The notes under the pieces are model-generated. The model saw nothing but the letters and a program-made list of their open reading frames with translations. It was not told where the DNA came from and searched no databases. Shown here one piece after another: positions 7,589-18,290 of a stretch of DNA of 64,000 nt (its first letter is position 1; every line of letters begins with the position of its first letter). This DNA is from Ktedonobacterales bacterium (GTDB lineage Bacteria > Chloroflexota > Ktedonobacteria > Ktedonobacterales > JADMIN01). The DNA is taken from positions 44,518 through 108,517 of the forward strand of contig JAICVS010000001.1 of NCBI GenBank assembly GCA_025935195.1. Direction: 5' to 3'. The translations under genes and the position numbers were made by a program.

Positions 7589-8893
7589 TTATGCCCGCGC
7601 GGTGACACGCCGCAACGCCGCGCGCACAGCCGAGCCGTAGAGGCTGGGGTGGCGGCCCAGCACGTCGCGCAGCAGGCCGAAGAAGCCGCCATCCATGCTG
7701 ATGATCGGCGTCTCCAGCAGCGTGTGCCGCAAGATGCGCTTGCCTTCTTGGGAACCAAGCAGCGCGTAGAGCGCGGCGACATCCGCGTTCGAACCCATGC
7801 GGTCCAGCGCCCAGCGCAGCCAGTCTTCGATCTGGAGGTACGGGCCGAGCCGGTTCGCGTGCGGCAGGGCGCGCAGATAGGCGCTCACCGCGCCGGACTG
7901 CCCGTTCAGCACCTCGTTCGCCACGGCATGCGCGGCCAGCTTGGCAGCGAGCAACGCCGGGTAGATGCCGCCGCCGGTCGCCGCGCCGCAGTGGCCCGCC
8001 GCGTCGCCCAGCAGCAGCGCCCGCCCGCGCGCGTCGTCGCGGTGGACGTGGCGCAGCCGCCCGCCCGTTGGGATAATGCCGGCCTTGCGCTGGACGACGC
8101 GCATGCCGGAGAGGTCCGCCACATCCGCGAAGGCGGCCTGGGCGCGGCGCAGCGATTCCGCCGGCTTGAAGGCGCGCGCGTGGCCGGCGACGCCGAAGGC
8201 GGCGATCTCGCCGTGCGGCGCGAGCCAGGCGCAGTAGCCGGGCGCCAGCTCGTGATCCATCACCAGATAGAAGGTCTCGCGGTCCACCGCGACGTTCTCG
8301 ACCAGCCATTCGGCCCCGGCCAGAAAACGCTGATTGCGGTCCAGCCCCAGGCACTCGGCCACACGCGAGCGTGCGCCGTCCGCGCCGATCACGATGCGCG
8401 CATGGGCGACCCGCGCCGGTGCGCGCGCCGCCCCGCTGCCCTCACCGTCGGACGGGCCGCCGAGCAGCACGCGCATCAGCCCATTCTCACCCTCGCGGCT
8501 GGCATCCAGCAACGGCGTGCCGCAGCGGATCGTCGCGCCGCGTGCGCATGCCTCGTCCGCCATCCAGCCCAGCATGCCCGGCACGTCCGCCATGAAGAAG
8601 CGATAGGCTCCGGCGGCGATGCTAATCGGCGGCTGCGTGGGCGGGCGCAGCTCCACCTGGCGCACCGAGTTCAGCAGGTAGCGCCGCGGCACATCCACGA
8701 CATCCAGCACCTCGCTGAAGAGTACGCCGGTGGTGCGGACGACGCGGCCGATCGCGGCGTCGCGCTCGACCACCAGCACGCGCATGCCCCGCGCGGCCGC
8801 CGCGCTGGCGAAGCTGAGGCCGGCGAAGCTCGCCCCGACCACAATCGCATCGTAGGGTGCATCGCTCACGCCGCTGGAAAGCGTAGAGGACAT
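7589..8893 (-). CDS. FAD-dependent oxidoreductase (geranylgeranyl-reductase-like family)
   Basis: Dinucleotide fold YDAIVVGASFAGLSFASAAAARGMRVLVVERD. The start is taken at MSSTL (8893), with GGGAGA upstream. Confidence 0.8.
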   Translation of the reverse strand: MSSTLSSGVSDAPYDAIVVGASFAGLSFASAAAARGMRVLVVERDAAIGRVVRTTGVLFSEVLDVVDVPRRYLLNSVRQVELRPPTQPPISIAAGAYRFFMADVPGMLGWMADEACARGATIRCGTPLLDASREGENGLMRVLLGGPSDGEGSGAARAPARVAHARIVIGADGARSRVAECLGLDRNQRFLAGAEWLVENVAVDRETFYLVMDHELAPGYCAWLAPHGEIAAFGVAGHARAFKPAESLRRAQAAFADVADLSGMRVVQRKAGIIPTGGRLRHVHRDDARGRALLLGDAAGHCGAATGGGIYPALLAAKLAAHAVANEVLNGQSGAVSAYLRALPHANRLGPYLQIEDWLRWALDRMGSNADVAALYALLGSQEGKRILRHTLLETPIISMDGGFFGLLRDVLGRHPSLYGSAVRAALRRVTARA

Positions 8894-9062
8894 GGCGCAT
8901 CTCCCGTTCTTCCCAGGAAAGCGGAACGGGGCGGGCACCATTGCCCGCCCCGCTCGCGGGGAACCCATTGTGGCCGCCGCCTCGACGATGAGCCGGTGGA
9001 CGAAGCTACGACGTAGCAAACGCCATGCCGGATGCCGGCCTCAGCCGTACCCCACCGATGCG

Positions 9063-11114
9063 CTACCCGCGTGAGATGATGTGCTGCGCCACGCGGTAGG
9101 CCAGCCCGAAGATCGAGAGCATGGGGTTAGTGCCGGACGCGGTCGGGAAAGCGCTGCCGTCGGCGATGAAGAGGCCGCGCGTGCCGTAGACCTCACCGTA
9201 GGGATCGGCCACCGCTGTCTTGGCGTCGCCGCCGAAGCGGCACGTGCCCATCTGGTGCGCGCTGCCCAAGATCTGCTTGTTCGGCACGATGCCGCGCCGT
9301 GCGATCTCGTCCAGGAATGCCTGCCGCTCCTTTGCCGAAGCGCTGCCCAGCCGCTCGCCGTCCAGGCGCGGCGCATGGGTCATGCCGACGCCCGTCGCGC
9401 CGCCGGCCAACGCGATCTTGACCACCTCTTGCGCGCCCTGGATCAGATGCTGCCGGTCCAGCTCGTTGGGCCAGTAGTGCAGGATGGGGTCGCCCTGCTT
9501 ATCGAGCGTGATATGCCCCTCGCCCGAATCGCGCGTCAGCACGATGTAAGCGGCGCTCTCGCGCAGCATGGTCATGTCGCGTTTGAAAGATCGGGGATCG
9601 CTCCAGGGCGTGCCGAGGCCGAGCAGCCCCGGATGCGCCGGCATCACCTCGATGCGGAAGCCGTACATGCCGGAGACGCGCGCGAAGTGGTCGGAAAGCA
9701 CCGTCTGCAACGAGCCTGCCCACGGCTCGACCGGCTCCGCGTAGCGTCCCAGCAGCGTGATCACCGGGTGCAGGCGCAGGTGCTTGCCGATGTTGGGATT
9801 GGTCAGACCGGAGCGCAGCAGCAGCGCGGGGGATTCGACCGCGCCCGCCGCGACGACCACGATCGGCGCGCGCACCGTCAGCTTGTGGCGCTGGCCCGTC
9901 GCCTCGTCCGTCACCCAGCCCTCGACGCCGACCGCGCGCCCCGCCTCGATCAGCACGCGCGCGGCATTGGCGCGCACCACCGTGCGCGCGCCGCCGTCGC
10001 TGGCATCTTGCAGGTAGGTGAGCATCGTGCCGTGCTTGCGGCCGTAGGGACAGCCGAAGCCGCAGAAGCCGCAGCGCTGGCGGCAGTCCGAGGCGTTGCG
10101 CGGGATGCGCGTCCAGGCATAGCCGAGCGCCTGGCAGCCGCGTTGCAGCGCGGCGTTGTTGGCGTTCGGATCGCTATCCTCAGTGTTGACGTCCAGCCGC
10201 GCCTCGATGGCGTCGAAGCCGCGCTGGTGCTCCGGGCCGGTCAGGTCCGTCACGCCATAGTCGCGCTCCCACTCTTGCAGCACGTCGCCGGGCGTGCGCA
10301 GCGAAGTGCTCCAGTTCACCGTCGTGCCGCCACCGAGCGTGGAGCCGGCCAGGATCACCATGCCCAGGTCGTGCGTCGCCAGCGTGCCGCGGCGCAGATA
10401 GAGCTTGGGCGTCATGTCGGCTTCGAGGCCGTTGAAGTCGGACTCGCTGTAGTAGCCGCCCTTCTCCAGCACCACCACATCCTTGCCCGCCGCCGCGAGC
10501 TGCGCCGCGACCAGCCCACCGCCCGCGCCCGATCCCACCACCACCGCGTCCGCTGTCAGCGTCGTTTCGCCGGTCACGGGCAGCGTGCGGATGCGCTTGG
10601 GCGCCGCTTCGGGCGAAGGCGGCGGCGCTGGCGGCGCGTAGCCAAGCCGCGCCCAGTTGGGGTTCACACCGTCGGCGTTGGGCGCGGCGTAGTAGATGAA
10701 GCCGGCCAGCCGCTTCACCGCCTGGAACCCCTGGCGCAGCTCCGCCAGCGAGCTGGTGGACATCTTGCGCAGCGCCGCCTCACGCGCGGCCGGCGGAAGC
10801 TGCGCGAAGCCGCGCGGCTTGCCGGCGAGCAGCATCCCCATCAACGGCCGATTCAGCGTGTCGAGCAGCTTCTTGAAGTCGGCTTTTGTCTCCGGCGAGG
10901 CCTCGGAGAGCGTCTCAGCCATCTGCCGCGCCACATCCAGGTCACGCGCCGAGCGCGCGTAATAGCCGTCGGCGTCCACCTCACCGGCCGGCGGCGGCGT
11001 GCCCGGCAGGAGCGCATCGCAGATCGCTTCGAGCGTGCGCGTCTGTGCCGCCGTCAGCCAGTCCGCGGCGGTCGCGGTCGCCGCCGCCGCCGCTACATGC
11101 TCTGTAGTTGCCAT
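9063..11114 (-). CDS. GMC family oxidoreductase
   Basis: ADAVVVGSGAGGGLVAAQLAAAGKDVVVLEKGGYY, and the C-terminal GSAHQMGTCRFG...GLFIADGSAFPT. The start is at MATTEH (11114). Confidence 0.85.
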   Translation of the reverse strand: MATTEHVAAAAATATAADWLTAAQTRTLEAICDALLPGTPPPAGEVDADGYYARSARDLDVARQMAETLSEASPETKADFKKLLDTLNRPLMGMLLAGKPRGFAQLPPAAREAALRKMSTSSLAELRQGFQAVKRLAGFIYYAAPNADGVNPNWARLGYAPPAPPPSPEAAPKRIRTLPVTGETTLTADAVVVGSGAGGGLVAAQLAAAGKDVVVLEKGGYYSESDFNGLEADMTPKLYLRRGTLATHDLGMVILAGSTLGGGTTVNWSTSLRTPGDVLQEWERDYGVTDLTGPEHQRGFDAIEARLDVNTEDSDPNANNAALQRGCQALGYAWTRIPRNASDCRQRCGFCGFGCPYGRKHGTMLTYLQDASDGGARTVVRANAARVLIEAGRAVGVEGWVTDEATGQRHKLTVRAPIVVVAAGAVESPALLLRSGLTNPNIGKHLRLHPVITLLGRYAEPVEPWAGSLQTVLSDHFARVSGMYGFRIEVMPAHPGLLGLGTPWSDPRSFKRDMTMLRESAAYIVLTRDSGEGHITLDKQGDPILHYWPNELDRQHLIQGAQEVVKIALAGGATGVGMTHAPRLDGERLGSASAKERQAFLDEIARRGIVPNKQILGSAHQMGTCRFGGDAKTAVADPYGEVYGTRGLFIADGSAFPTASGTNPMLSIFGLAYRVAQHIISRG

Positions 11115-11519
11115 GGAGTCCCATCCCTTCACTTCTCGGATTCGGGCCGTGTCCGTACACTTGATGTGGTCACACGAGGGGAACGCGGGGGAAGGCGTGG
11201 GCGCGCGAAGTGGTACACCGGCCAGCCGCGCGACGGGGACAACGCTGTCGCTGCCGCACATTCTACACCCGTCGCCAGCCACGCGGAAAGGGATGGCAAG
11301 GCCCGGCGGGGCGCGAGAGAGGAGCGAGTCGCTGGTAGCCTATATGGGCCAAATTGCGCACACGCGGCCAGCGCAAGCCTAACGCATGAGCGAGCCGGCG
11401 CGTTATCGGTGAGTGGATGGCCGGGCGCACAGGTATCCACGCGGATGCGCACCGGGCAAGTGGGCGCGGGGCGCGTACCGCGAGTGACGAAAAAAGATGG
11501 GTGAGGGAGAGAATCGCAC

Positions 11520-12284
11520 ATGGCGACAGGTTCAGGGGTCGGAGCCACGGTCCTGACGGCGCTCAAGGCACATTTGGCGGCAGTCGCGATCGGCGCGACA
11601 GTTGTGGTCGGTGGCGGCGCGGCCGCGGCGGCGGTGGCGACTGGCGCGATCCATCCGGCGGCACAGGCGAGCGCGGCGCAGTCCGGCAAGACGCCCGGCG
11701 CGCAGGCCACTCATGCGGCGACGCAGGGCGAGACCGCCCGCGCGAACGCCTGTGACAAGAACGGCGATGCCAAACGCATGGCATCCGTCTACGCCAATAT
11801 GTTCCAATCGGGCGGCGGTGGCACGTCCGCCGAACAGACGGCGCTACACGATATCTGCGCGCTCTTCGTCGGCACAGACGGCCACGCTGTCGGATTCGGT
11901 GAAATCCGCCAGGCGCTGGATATCGCGGCCGCCATCGAGACCCGCACCGCCGCCAATGCCAGCGCTTCAAACTGCCTCACAGCCGGGCGCACGGACGGCA
12001 AGCCGGAGGGCACGCCGGGCGCGAGCCAGTCGGCCAGCGCCGGGCAGCCGTCGTTCACCGCGCCCACCGCCGACGAGGCCACCACGACTGGTCTCGTCAA
12101 GAGCATCTTCGACAAGGTGAGCCACGGCGCTCCTCTGGAGCAGCTCGCCCGCGCCTGCGGCGTCCCATCCGTTCCAGGGACGGCGGGCAGCGGCGGCAGT
12201 GGCGATAACGGCGGCGGGAATGGCAAGCCAACCGGCACTCCCGGCGCGCGGCCAACCGGCACACCTGGTGCCGGCCACCCATAG
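11520..12284 (+). CDS. Hypothetical protein with an N-terminal hydrophobic anchor and a Gly/Pro/Thr-rich tail
   Basis: Single long ORF in a coding-like frame. Hydrophobic N-terminus LAAVAIGATVVVGGG. No family recognised. Confidence 0.5.
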   Translation: MATGSGVGATVLTALKAHLAAVAIGATVVVGGGAAAAAVATGAIHPAAQASAAQSGKTPGAQATHAATQGETARANACDKNGDAKRMASVYANMFQSGGGGTSAEQTALHDICALFVGTDGHAVGFGEIRQALDIAAAIETRTAANASASNCLTAGRTDGKPEGTPGASQSASAGQPSFTAPTADEATTTGLVKSIFDKVSHGAPLEQLARACGVPSVPGTAGSGGSGDNGGGNGKPTGTPGARPTGTPGAGHP

Positions 12285-12365
12285 CGCCATCGCCGCGCGG
12301 CGGCAGCGGCACATGCCTCTCATGTACGGCCTCTCCGGCGCTCGTCCCTGGAGAGGCCGTACCGC

Positions 12366-13181
12366 TTAGATCGGCAGGCGCGGCATCAGCGCGGCCGGCA
12401 CCAAGCGAATCACGCGCATGATCGGTCCCCAGTAGCCGGGAATGTAGGCCACGTCACGGCCGCGCTCGCAGCGGACGGCGATGCGCTTCGCCGCCGCGTC
12501 CGCCGAGATTACCAGCGGCTTCGGCAGCTTCATGCCCGCCGTCATCGCCGTCGCGACGTAGCCCGGCTTTAGAGTGACGACGCGCACCCCCGTTCCATGC
12601 AGCCGGTAGCGCAGCGACTCCAGGTACGTGCTGAGCGCCGCCTTCGAGGCCATATACGCGCTATTTCCCTTGCGCCCCCGGTCGCCCGCCACCGACGAGA
12701 TCGCCGCGATAGTGCCGCGCCCCGCCGTGTGAAACGCCGCCGCCGCCGCGTCTAACCAGGCCATCGCGCCGATGACGTTAACCTCCATCATCGCGCGCTC
12801 ATCCGCGAAGCTCCAGCCGCCGTTCTCGCCGCGTGGCATCACCCCCGCCGCGTACACCACCAGCCGCGGCGCGCCGCCGGATGCCTCCAGGTCACTCCAG
12901 ATGCGCGCGAGCAGGCGCGGCACCTCGTCGTAGTGACGCACGTCGTGGGCATAGGCACGCGCGAGCGGAGCGGCGGGCGCACCTGTCGCATCCGGCCGCG
13001 CGCGGTTGATGTCGCGGTTGATGTCCTGGCTGAGCTGATCCAGCACATCCTGCCGCCGCCCGACCAGCGCCACGAGGTATCCCCGCCGCGCCAGCTCGCG
13101 CGCCAGCGCCGCGCCCATGCCGCTCGATGCGCCGACGACCACCGCGCCCTTGCCCATCCGCGCGTTCCCGTTACCGCTCAT
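12366..13181 (-). CDS. SDR family oxidoreductase
   Basis: VVVGASSGMGAALARELARRG (TGxxxGxG-type motif) and the catalytic YMASKAAL. The start chosen is MSGNGN, with AAGGCAGGA upstream. Confidence 0.85.
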   Translation of the reverse strand: MSGNGNARMGKGAVVVGASSGMGAALARELARRGYLVALVGRRQDVLDQLSQDINRDINRARPDATGAPAAPLARAYAHDVRHYDEVPRLLARIWSDLEASGGAPRLVVYAAGVMPRGENGGWSFADERAMMEVNVIGAMAWLDAAAAAFHTAGRGTIAAISSVAGDRGRKGNSAYMASKAALSTYLESLRYRLHGTGVRVVTLKPGYVATAMTAGMKLPKPLVISADAAAKRIAVRCERGRDVAYIPGYWGPIMRVIRLVPAALMPRLPI

Positions 13182-13442
13182 ATACTGATGTCCTGCCTTG
13201 CTTGATCGCTTCATCTGGGGCCAATGCCGATTCTAACGCCCTGCTGGACCGGCCGTAACCCACATCACCTCATGCGGCGGTTTGGCGGCGCCTCTCCACA
13301 CGCGACGATGACGCGACGATGCGCGGGGCGAGGCGACATTCCCCGCGCCGCGCATCGTATCCCGCGTCTCACGAGAGCGGCTATCTTCTCAGCGCCACGT
13401 TCTCGCGCATGCGCCACACGCACCACACGCACCACACGCGCA

Positions 13443-14303
13443 TCAGGCGTAGCGGCGCTCCTGCTCGCGTGAGCGCACCATCAGCGCCGGCTGACCGTTC
13501 GCGCCGTCCGCCGCTTCAGCACCCCCGCCGGCCCATTCATCCAGCCAGCGATCCAGCGCGCTCGCGCGGAACTGCGCCTTCTCCGATCCTTTGATCTCGT
13601 TGCACTTACGATGCGCCGGCACAAGATTGTACGCGGCGTGCTCGCCGCCGTCGGCCAGCGCCACCACATGGTCAAACGAGAGATCGGCCAGCGTCACCGG
13701 CTCGTGACAGATCGCGCAGCGCCAGCGGCCGTTCTCGTCGGCCGAGCGCGCCAGGATGTGGCCCAGCTCCACCGCGCGCACCGAGCCGCGCACACCGCGC
13801 CGCCGCGCCCCACTGTTCAGGCGTAGCGCGCGCCGCCGCACGATATCCATCATCCAATCGTCGAAATCAGCTGGCCACGCCATATCTAGCAGCGCATGCC
13901 GCGCGGCCAGGCGTTCCGCTCGCTGCGGCGTGCGCGTTGGCGTGCGCGTTGGTCGCGCCAGCTCGCGAATGCGCGTCACCGCCGTCTCGCGCGGCCTGAC
14001 ACTCTGCGGCAGCGGTGCGCGCGTCCGACGCGCGGCGGCATGCGTGCGCGCCACATCCACGGCGCGTGCGGGGGCAGTTGGGGCAAGCGCGAGCGTATCA
14101 GACTTCGCCGGGCGCGGCAACGGCGGCAAAATGGCCGGATGATGGGGCCACGCGCTCCATGCGCCGCTCACATTCACCGGACGAGCCCCGCGTACCGGGC
14201 TCCAGGAAGGATCAGCACTCACAAACCGAACGACAATGCTCTCAGGGGGGGCGGTCATGGTCCCGCTCGGCGCGGGCCACGCGGCCCATTCAGGCACCGA
14301 CAT
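13443..14303 (-). CDS. HNH endonuclease domain protein (start uncertain)
   Basis: The C-terminal half contains CAICHEPV...FDHVVALADGGEHAAYNLVPAHRKCNEIKG. The N-terminal part is Arg/Pro-rich. Alternative starts are at 14345, 14258 and 13883. Confidence 0.65.
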   Translation of the reverse strand: MSVPEWAAWPAPSGTMTAPPESIVVRFVSADPSWSPVRGARPVNVSGAWSAWPHHPAILPPLPRPAKSDTLALAPTAPARAVDVARTHAAARRTRAPLPQSVRPRETAVTRIRELARPTRTPTRTPQRAERLAARHALLDMAWPADFDDWMMDIVRRRALRLNSGARRRGVRGSVRAVELGHILARSADENGRWRCAICHEPVTLADLSFDHVVALADGGEHAAYNLVPAHRKCNEIKGSEKAQFRASALDRWLDEWAGGGAEAADGANGQPALMVRSREQERRYA

Positions 14304-14705
14304 ACTCAAATTGCTCGACTCTCCGCTTCTTCCACACCACCCCAACCGTACTGTTTCCGGGTTGCGCGGTGTTCGTGCGGTCGCGCGTCCTCACTGCGGT
14401 CGCGCGGCTCTTCCTCGCTTTGCGCCGCGCCGGCCGGTCGCGCGCGACCCGCCTCATACACCCTCAGTATGCCCGACAAAGCCGCATTCTGTCAAGCTTT
14501 GCGGCTGAATAGGCCCCTATCACCAGTCATTTACCGGCTCGTCCCGCATCCCACAGCATACCGGACTTTCGTGCGCCGCCCGCCGCGCTGCCGTTTCCGC
14601 TACGCTATACTACGCACCGGGGGCGCCCGCTATCATTAGCGCATCCCCGGCCCATCCGCCGCGTCGGCAGCGCGCAATGGGATTGCCAGGCTGGAGTGTG
14701 CCGCC

Positions 14706-15632
14706 ATGTCCACATCCACAGAGAGCGAGACGGCCGCGACGACCCAACTGCATACGCTGGAAGAGGCGCTGCTACGCACCGCCGGCATCCCCATCGAGCG
14801 GCGGGACGTGGACGCCGGCGGGATGCGGCTGCACTATCTCGCGTGCGGTGAGGGCGAGCCGTTGGTGCTGCTGCATGGGCGGGGCAACGCCGCCGCCCTC
14901 TTCGCGCCGATCCTGCGCCAGCTCGCCGCGCGCCGCCGTGTGCTCGCGTTGGACATGCCCGGCTGGGGCCTTTCCGACAAGCCCCCCTTCACCGGCCACA
15001 CTCCCCAAGACGCGCTGCGCTACTGGATGGATGCTGTGCTCGCCTTTTTGGATAGCCAGAGTCTTGCCCAGGCCGACATCCTCGGCCACTCGCTCGGTGG
15101 CATGACCGCGCTCGGCATCGCCCTCGATCAGCCAGATCGCATCGGCCGGCTGGCGCTGGTGGACCCGGCCGGCCTGGGCCGGCGCATCCAGCTCGACGTG
15201 CGCCTCTACTTCGCGCTCGGCCCCGAGAAGCTGCATCGCCGCTTCGGTAAGCGCTTCACGCGCTTCGTCATGCGCCAGGGGCAGGCGATGGCCGATCCGG
15301 CGGAGTTTGCCTTTTCCCACGCGCTGCTCACCCAGGAAGCCGTCATCCCCAGCGGCGCCCGCGCCTTCAGCCGCATCGTCGATCTCGGCGGCGTACACTT
15401 CGATTTCGTGGACCGCCTCAGCGAGCTGGAGATGCCCGTGCTGATGCTCTGGGGCGACCGCGATCAGGTCATCCCGTACGAGAATGGCCTGGCGGCGATG
15501 CGCCTGCTGCGCGACGGCACGCTCGTCGCGCTCTCGCGCTGCGGCCACTCACCCTACGCCGAGCGACCCGACGACTTCGCCAGTGTGTTGCTCGCCTGGC
15601 TCGACAACCTCTACGTCCGCCCACGAATCTGA
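14706..15632 (+). CDS. Alpha/beta hydrolase
   Basis: LVLLHGRGN...LDMPGWGLSDKP and the nucleophile elbow GHSLGG. C-terminal CGHSPYAE. Confidence 0.85.
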   Translation: MSTSTESETAATTQLHTLEEALLRTAGIPIERRDVDAGGMRLHYLACGEGEPLVLLHGRGNAAALFAPILRQLAARRRVLALDMPGWGLSDKPPFTGHTPQDALRYWMDAVLAFLDSQSLAQADILGHSLGGMTALGIALDQPDRIGRLALVDPAGLGRRIQLDVRLYFALGPEKLHRRFGKRFTRFVMRQGQAMADPAEFAFSHALLTQEAVIPSGARAFSRIVDLGGVHFDFVDRLSELEMPVLMLWGDRDQVIPYENGLAAMRLLRDGTLVALSRCGHSPYAERPDDFASVLLAWLDNLYVRPRI

Positions 15633-15635
15633 GAA

Positions 15636-15675
15636 TTTCACCACAGAGGGCACAGAGGACACAGAGGACGGAGAG
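15636..15675 (+). repeat. Repeat family D (purine-rich CACAGAGGACACGGAGG type), copy 1
   Basis: TTTCACCACAGAGGGCACAGAGGACACAGAGGACGGAGAG. Related to 7 other intergenic copies in this window. Confidence 0.7.
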
Positions 15676-15701
15676 CGAATGAGACGCATTTTGGAGGATA
15701 C

Positions 15702-16595
15702 ATGGCACAGGGCGTGATGCTTCAGACCGATCTTCCGCTCCCGCGCTTCGGCACGGGCAAGGTGCGCGACACCTACGATCTCGGCAACCGCCTGCTGATG
15801 GTGACCACCGACCGCCTCTCCGCCTACGATGTCGTCCTTCCCAACGGCATCCCCAGCAAAGGCGAGGTGCTGACGCGCCTCTCCGCCTTCTGGTTTGCGC
15901 GCACCGGCGACCTCATCCCCAACCATCTGCTCTCCACCGATGTCGCGGATCTGCCGGACGCGGCACAGCCCTTGCGCGATCAGCTCGCCGGACGCTTCAT
16001 GATCGTGCGCAAGGCCAAGCGCATTGACTTCGAGTGCGTCGTGCGCGGCTACCTCGCCGGCAGCGCCTGGGGCGAGTATCGTGAATCCGGCTCTGTCTGC
16101 GGTGTCAGGCTGCCGCCCGGATTGCGCCAGGCCGACGAGCTGCCGGAGCCGATCTTCACCCCCGCCACCAAGGCCGAGAGCGGCCACGACCAGAACATCT
16201 CGCTCGACGAGCTGAAGAACCATGTCGGTGAAGACCTGGGCCAGGCGCTCGCGGACGCCAGCATCGCCGTCTACACCGCCGCCGCCGCCTACGCGCTCGA
16301 CCGCGGCATCATCATCGCCGATACGAAAATGGAGTTCGGCCTGCTTGGCGACCGCCTCATCCTCATTGACGAGCTGCTTACTCCCGACTCGTCGCGCTTC
16401 TGGGCCGTCGGCGACTACCAGCCCGGCGGCTCGCCCCCCAGCTTCGATAAACAGTTCGTGCGCGACTGGCTGGAGCGTAGCGGCTGGAACAAACAGCCCC
16501 CAGCCCCGGCGCTTCCGCCTGATGTCGTCGCCGGCACATCGCAGCGCTACCTCGCGGCGCTCGAATGGCTCACCGGCCAGGCGCTCGCCCTCTGA
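15702..16595 (+). CDS. purC: Phosphoribosylaminoimidazole-succinocarboxamide (SAICAR) synthase
   Basis: GKVRDTYDLGNRLLMVTTDRLSAYDVVLPNGIPSKGEVLT...IIADTKMEFG. RBS GGAGGA. Confidence 0.95.
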   Translation: MAQGVMLQTDLPLPRFGTGKVRDTYDLGNRLLMVTTDRLSAYDVVLPNGIPSKGEVLTRLSAFWFARTGDLIPNHLLSTDVADLPDAAQPLRDQLAGRFMIVRKAKRIDFECVVRGYLAGSAWGEYRESGSVCGVRLPPGLRQADELPEPIFTPATKAESGHDQNISLDELKNHVGEDLGQALADASIAVYTAAAAYALDRGIIIADTKMEFGLLGDRLILIDELLTPDSSRFWAVGDYQPGGSPPSFDKQFVRDWLERSGWNKQPPAPALPPDVVAGTSQRYLAALEWLTGQALAL

Positions 16596-16637
16596 AGCTA
16601 TCGCTTGCCCATCGAGCGCCAGCGTGGCGACGCATGC

Positions 16638-17336
16638 TCACACGCGCGGCTCACTTGTCTGCGGCTCGCTCTCATCCCGCGTTGCCGTGGTCTCGGCTGC
16701 CCGCATCACCGCTGTGCGCGGTTTCCTTCGGCGCCGCACGCTCACGACCACCACCAGCGCCGCGAACACCCCAAGCGCGATGATCCCGCCCGTCCCCAAC
16801 AGCCGCAGCACCGCACCCAGGACCGCGGCATTCCTACCCAGCACGAAGCCCAGCGTGCCGAAGATCGCCGCCCAGAGGATGCCGCCCGCCGCGTTCCAGA
16901 ACAGGAATGGGGGCCAGCGCATCTGGTTGACTCCCGCCAGGAAGGCCGAGTATGCGCGCAGAATTGAGAAGAAACGCCCGAAGAAGACCGTCTTGCCGCC
17001 GTGCCGCGCGAAGTAGCGTTGCGCGTAGGCCAGCGCGCCTTCATCTAGATGCAGCGGGCGCAGTGGCGGCGTCTGGGTGATCCGCCGCAGCAAGGGATAA
17101 CCGCCGTAGTGGCCGATGGCGAAGCCAGCGTTGTCGCCCACAATGGCGCCGGTGGCCGCCGCCACGATCACGCCGATGATGTTGAACTCGTGGCGGGTGC
17201 CGGCGTATACCGAGCCAGCGATCAGCGCGGTCTCGCCTGGAAACGGCACCCCCATGCTCTCCAGCGCCACGGCGATGGCGATCGCGACGTAGCCATACGT
17301 CACAATCGCGTCGTTGAGCCAGGAAGGAACATCCAT
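16638..17336 (-). CDS. DedA family membrane protein
   Basis: YGYVAIAIAVALESMGVPFPGETALIAGSVYAG and multiple TM segments. The start is at MDVPSW. Confidence 0.85.
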   Translation of the reverse strand: MDVPSWLNDAIVTYGYVAIAIAVALESMGVPFPGETALIAGSVYAGTRHEFNIIGVIVAAATGAIVGDNAGFAIGHYGGYPLLRRITQTPPLRPLHLDEGALAYAQRYFARHGGKTVFFGRFFSILRAYSAFLAGVNQMRWPPFLFWNAAGGILWAAIFGTLGFVLGRNAAVLGAVLRLLGTGGIIALGVFAALVVVVSVRRRRKPRTAVMRAAETTATRDESEPQTSEPRV

Positions 17337-17543
17337 CGCCGTCAACCACCGATCCGCGAATGCCTCTTCGGGAAAGATGATGCACCTGCGCGCCCAGCAT
17401 CGCACGCTATCCGTGTACTATACCCTGCCAGCCCGTCATAGGTTTGATGCCGGCGTAGAATGAGGTGCTGAATGGCAGCGCGCCTTCGACGTGCGGCTGG
17501 CACCCTTTCATTCACGTGATCCAGCAGATGAGGACTCCGCGAT

Positions 17544-18290
17544 ATGAGCGACAACCAGCAATTCGCCCAGGCGGTTGAAATCACCACCGCCGCCTACGAC
17601 CGCGCCGCGCGCGACTACGCCGCGCGCAAGGACACGCTCCACTCACTGTGGCGCGAGCGTATGGACCGCTTCGTCGAGCGGCTCGACGCCAACGAGCGCG
17701 ACCGCCCCATTCCGCCGCTCGGCCGGCCCGGCGACGACATCGCGCTCGACGATTACCTGATGTTCTTCCCCGTGCTGGATGCCGGCTGCGGCCCCGGCCG
17801 CGACGCCCGCGCCCTCGCCGCGCACGATCTCCCCATCCTTGGCGTGGACATCTCGCAGGGTATGCTCGACGAAGCCGGTGAGCGCACGGCACGCCGCCTC
17901 TCGCGCGGCGCCATCCGCTACGCGCTGATGGACCTGCGCCGTCTCGACCTGCCCGACGCGTCCTGCCGCGGCGTCTGGTGTTCCGCCTCGCTGCTCCACC
18001 TACCGCGCGCGACCGCGCCACGGGCTATGGCCGAGCTGGCACGTGTCACCCGTCCCGGTGGCCCCATCGCTATCTTCGTCAAGGTCAGGGACGCCGGGGC
18101 TGCCGAGGGCTTCGAGCCGTATCCCATTCCCGGCATCACCGACCTGCCGCGCTTCTTCACCTACTACATTCCGGAGGAGGCCCGCGCGCTGGTGGAGGGC
18201 GCCGGCCTCGACGTGCTGGATGTGGTCGTCGCCCCGGACGGCCGGCCGAACGCGCCGGACTGGATTGCGCTGCTCGCGCGCAAGCCGTGA
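17544..18290 (+). CDS. Class I SAM-dependent methyltransferase
   Basis: Motif I VLDAGCGPGRDARALA and the post-I motif ILGVDIS. Confidence 0.85.
   Translation: MSDNQQFAQAVEITTAAYDRAARDYAARKDTLHSLWRERMDRFVERLDANERDRPIPPLGRPGDDIALDDYLMFFPVLDAGCGPGRDARALAAHDLPILGVDISQGMLDEAGERTARRLSRGAIRYALMDLRRLDLPDASCRGVWCSASLLHLPRATAPRAMAELARVTRPGGPIAIFVKVRDAGAAEGFEPYPIPGITDLPRFFTYYIPEEARALVEGAGLDVLDVVVAPDGRPNAPDWIALLARKP

Noticed and set aside
13310-13350. The imperfect palindrome GATGCGCGGGGCG...CCCCGCGCCGCGCATC and the nearby CACACGCAC x3, considered as a terminator or regulatory site
   Set aside because: The stem is imperfect beyond 9 bp, there is no U-tract and no second copy. I judged this insufficient to call a feature.
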